Shown here: one piece after another, positions 62,044-64,000 of the stretch | Numbering within the stretch: the first letter of the stretch is position 1 | How the letters are laid out: every line of letters begins with the position of its first letter | Assembly (NCBI GenBank): GCA_027459505.1 | Contig: DAIDIE010000041.1 | Location: 3,252-67,251 of the forward strand | Length of the DNA: 64,000 bases | From: Acidobacteriota bacterium | Lineage (GTDB): Bacteria > Acidobacteriota > Terriglobia > Terriglobales > SCQP01 | Direction of reading: 5' to 3' | Program-made: the position numbers and the translations under genes | Notes under the pieces: model-generated | Database searches by the model: none | Told to the model about the DNA's origin: nothing | What the model saw: the letters and a program-made list of their open reading frames with translations, nothing else

Positions 62044-63999
62044 ATGAAAGCCAGCCATATACCGTTCCCCCGCCGCATTCGCAACTTGGCGTTGCTGCTT
62101 GCTCCCTGCCTGCTGTTGGGCCTGAGCGCGGTGAAGGCCGCTGCGCAAGCGACGGTGCGGGCCGACGATTATCATCTGCAGTTATCGTTTGATTTTGCGG
62201 CACACAAGCTGACGGCGGTGGCGCGCATTCACCTGCTGCCGCTGCAGCCGGCGCTCAACGCCACCTTCGGCCTGAACCCCAATCTCAAGGTGGATTCGGT
62301 GGAAGACCAGAGTGGGGCGAAATTGAGCGCGCAACGGACCGCAAACGGGGTCACGATCACGTTTCCGTCGGCCCTCGATACTGCCACGCCGATCACTCTT
62401 ACCGTGCGTTATTCAGGTGTGCTGGCCGCCAAGGGCTTGAGCCCAATCAGTGGCATTCGCACCGCGTATGTGGGGACCGATGGGGCCTTCCTGCTTTACC
62501 CCGGGCAGTGGTTTCCGCAGTTTGGCTACAACACGGATCGTTTCACGGCGACGATTCGCTCGACGTTACCGGCGGGGTACGGAATGGTGGCGAGCGGCAT
62601 TCCCAGTGCAACTGCGGCTGGTGGAGGGGCCTTCACCTACACGTACCGTCAGAATCCGGCCAGTTTCCCGGGCACGGTCGTGATCACCCAATTGCGGCCA
62701 CAAACGGTGCAGCTCAACGGGGTGACGGAGAACTTTTATTTCACCAACGATGTTCCGGCTTCGCTGCGCCAGCAATATGCCGAGACGGCGGCGCGGATTT
62801 ATTCGTTTTTGGCGGGGCGTTTCGGGCCACCGCCGAGCAACACCATTCATTTCATCGAGCTTCCGGATGACAGTCTGCCGTCGTTCAGCTCGCCGAATAT
62901 GATTCTGCTGTCGCACAACAGCATTGGGACAGCGGTCAACTACCGTCTGCTCACCGACGAGATTGCGCAGCAGTGGTTCGGGAATTTAGTGAGTCCGGCG
63001 ACCCTCAACGATGCCTGGATACAATATGGGGCGGCCCGCTTCGCGGAATTGCTTTACGTGCAGCAAGTGGCGGGAGCGCAGGCCGGCAAGGAAGTGCTGA
63101 CTGACCTGGAGGTCGGCGCGCTCAGCTATCCCGACATTCCCCTCTCGCATACCGCGCAGTTGTACCCCTTTTCGCCGCAGTTTCAGGATCTGACGTTCGA
63201 CAAGGGGGCCATGCTGTTTCATATGCTGAACTGGGTGCTGGGGGACAAGTTGTTTCCGGCATTACAGCAGTTTTTAAAGACCAATGCCTGGAAGCCGGTG
63301 ACCACCGCGCAACTGCAGGCCGCATTACAGCAAGGCACGGGGACGGATCTGCGCGCGTTTTTCAGTGAATGGTATGAGGGAACCGGGGTGCCCGCCTTCA
63401 AAAACGAGTATGTCATTTACCGGATTCCGAACCGCAATGCGCCGCAGCCCAATCCCAAGTTGAAGGGCAACTACAAGGCAGTGGCGTTCCCCACCAGTCA
63501 CTTCAGCGTAACGGGCCGGCTGCAGCAGAATCTGGATTTGTTTAACATGCCGGTGCAGTTGGAGATTCGAACTGACGCGGCCACGGAGTACCACACCGTG
63601 CCGGTGGAAGGTACCAGTTCCTCTTATACGGTGATTGCCCAGGCGCGGCCGCGGCAGATCATCATTGATCCGAACGACTGGATTTTGAAGAGCAGTCCCG
63701 ATTTGCAGGTGCGTGTCTTTGTGGCCCGCGGCGACAATCTGGTGGCGGCGGGCAATTATGTGGGCGCCATGGCGCAGTACAAGGACGCTCTGAAGGTGAA
63801 CCCGATCTCCTCGCTGGCCGACTATCGCATTGCGGAAGCGGATTTTCTGCAGCGCAACTGGCAATCGGCGGCCAATTATTACCGCGATGCCCTGAACGGC
63901 GACGTTAAGCCCGGCTGGATTGCGGTGTGGAGTCATCTGCAGTTGGGCAAGATCTTTGACCTGACGGGGCAGCGTGACCGCGCGGTGAACGAGTATCAG
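62044..63999 (+). CDS. M1 aminopeptidase-fold lipo/secreted protein with lost zinc-binding motif and C-terminal TPR, 3-prime partial
   Basis: I translated the frame by hand from 62044 to about 63420 and found no stop. The remainder to the window end is taken as open only because no frame-1 stop-bounded ORF appears in the track. Signal-like MKASHIPFPRRIRNLALLLAPCLLLGLSAVKA. TDEIAQQWFGN sits where M1 enzymes have HEXXHxWFG, and WIQYGAARF where they have WLNEGFA. Confidence 0.75.
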   Translation, partial: MKASHIPFPRRIRNLALLLAPCLLLGLSAVKAAAQATVRADDYHLQLSFDFAAHKLTAVARIHLLPLQPALNATFGLNPNLKVDSVEDQSGAKLSAQRTANGVTITFPSALDTATPITLTVRYSGVLAAKGLSPISGIRTAYVGTDGAFLLYPGQWFPQFGYNTDRFTATIRSTLPAGYGMVASGIPSATAAGGGAFTYTYRQNPASFPGTVVITQLRPQTVQLNGVTENFYFTNDVPASLRQQYAETAARIYSFLAGRFGPPPSNTIHFIELPDDSLPSFSSPNMILLSHNSIGTAVNYRLLTDEIAQQWFGNLVSPATLNDAWIQYGAARFAELLYVQQVAGAQAGKEVLTDLEVGALSYPDIPLSHTAQLYPFSPQFQDLTFDKGAMLFHMLNWVLGDKLFPALQQFLKTNAWKPVTTAQLQAALQQGTGTDLRAFFSEWYEGTGVPAFKNEYVIYRIPNRNAPQPNPKLKGNYKAVAFPTSHFSVTGRLQQNLDLFNMPVQLEIRTDAATEYHTVPVEGTSSSYTVIAQARPRQIIIDPNDWILKSSPDLQVRVFVARGDNLVAAGNYVGAMAQYKDALKVNPISSLADYRIAEADFLQRNWQSAANYYRDALNGDVKPGWIAVWSHLQLGKIFDLTGQRDRAVNEYQ

Positions 64000-64000
64000 A

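Overview
High-GC bacterial chromosomal segment. Gene content and style suggest an Acidobacteriota-type genome, but this is an unverified inference. About 1.3-21.5 kb is a defence/mobile island. It holds a complete type I R-M operon (hsdM-hsdS-hsdR plus a DUF45/YgjP-like metalloprotease), a SIR2-APAZ + short pAgo pair (SPARSA type) and an SF1 helicase + small partner operon (Helicase-DUF2290-like). It also holds a decayed toxin-antitoxin locus, a frameshifted RepB-like primase and an HTH low-complexity protein. An inverted ~100-nt repeat brackets this island. About 21.9-30 kb is an accessory patch that looks lower in GC by eye. It contains an uncharacterised, translationally coupled two-gene cassette: a small basic protein plus a protein with a catalytically dead ImmA/IrrE-like domain. 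A repeated twin-hairpin element and a nested palindrome flank the cassette. This patch also carries orphan RHS C-terminal fragments, an IS21 istB remnant, small membrane proteins and frameshifted genes. The right half is mostly housekeeping: Sel1 protein + Ser/Thr kinase, two ABC-2 exporters, ROK kinase, xseA, a response regulator, MscS and mntH. It continues with a Tes-like radical SAM enzyme, a partial dcw cluster (murG-murC-ftsQ-ftsA), bactofilin, GT2, lpxB and an M1-like pseudo-peptidase. Intergenic DNA carries a dispersed repeat family with 7-nt periodic tails. I saw no rRNA, intact tRNA or CRISPR array. The best candidate for something undescribed is the 22074-23859 cassette. All functional calls rest on motif recognition by eye, since no searches could be run.
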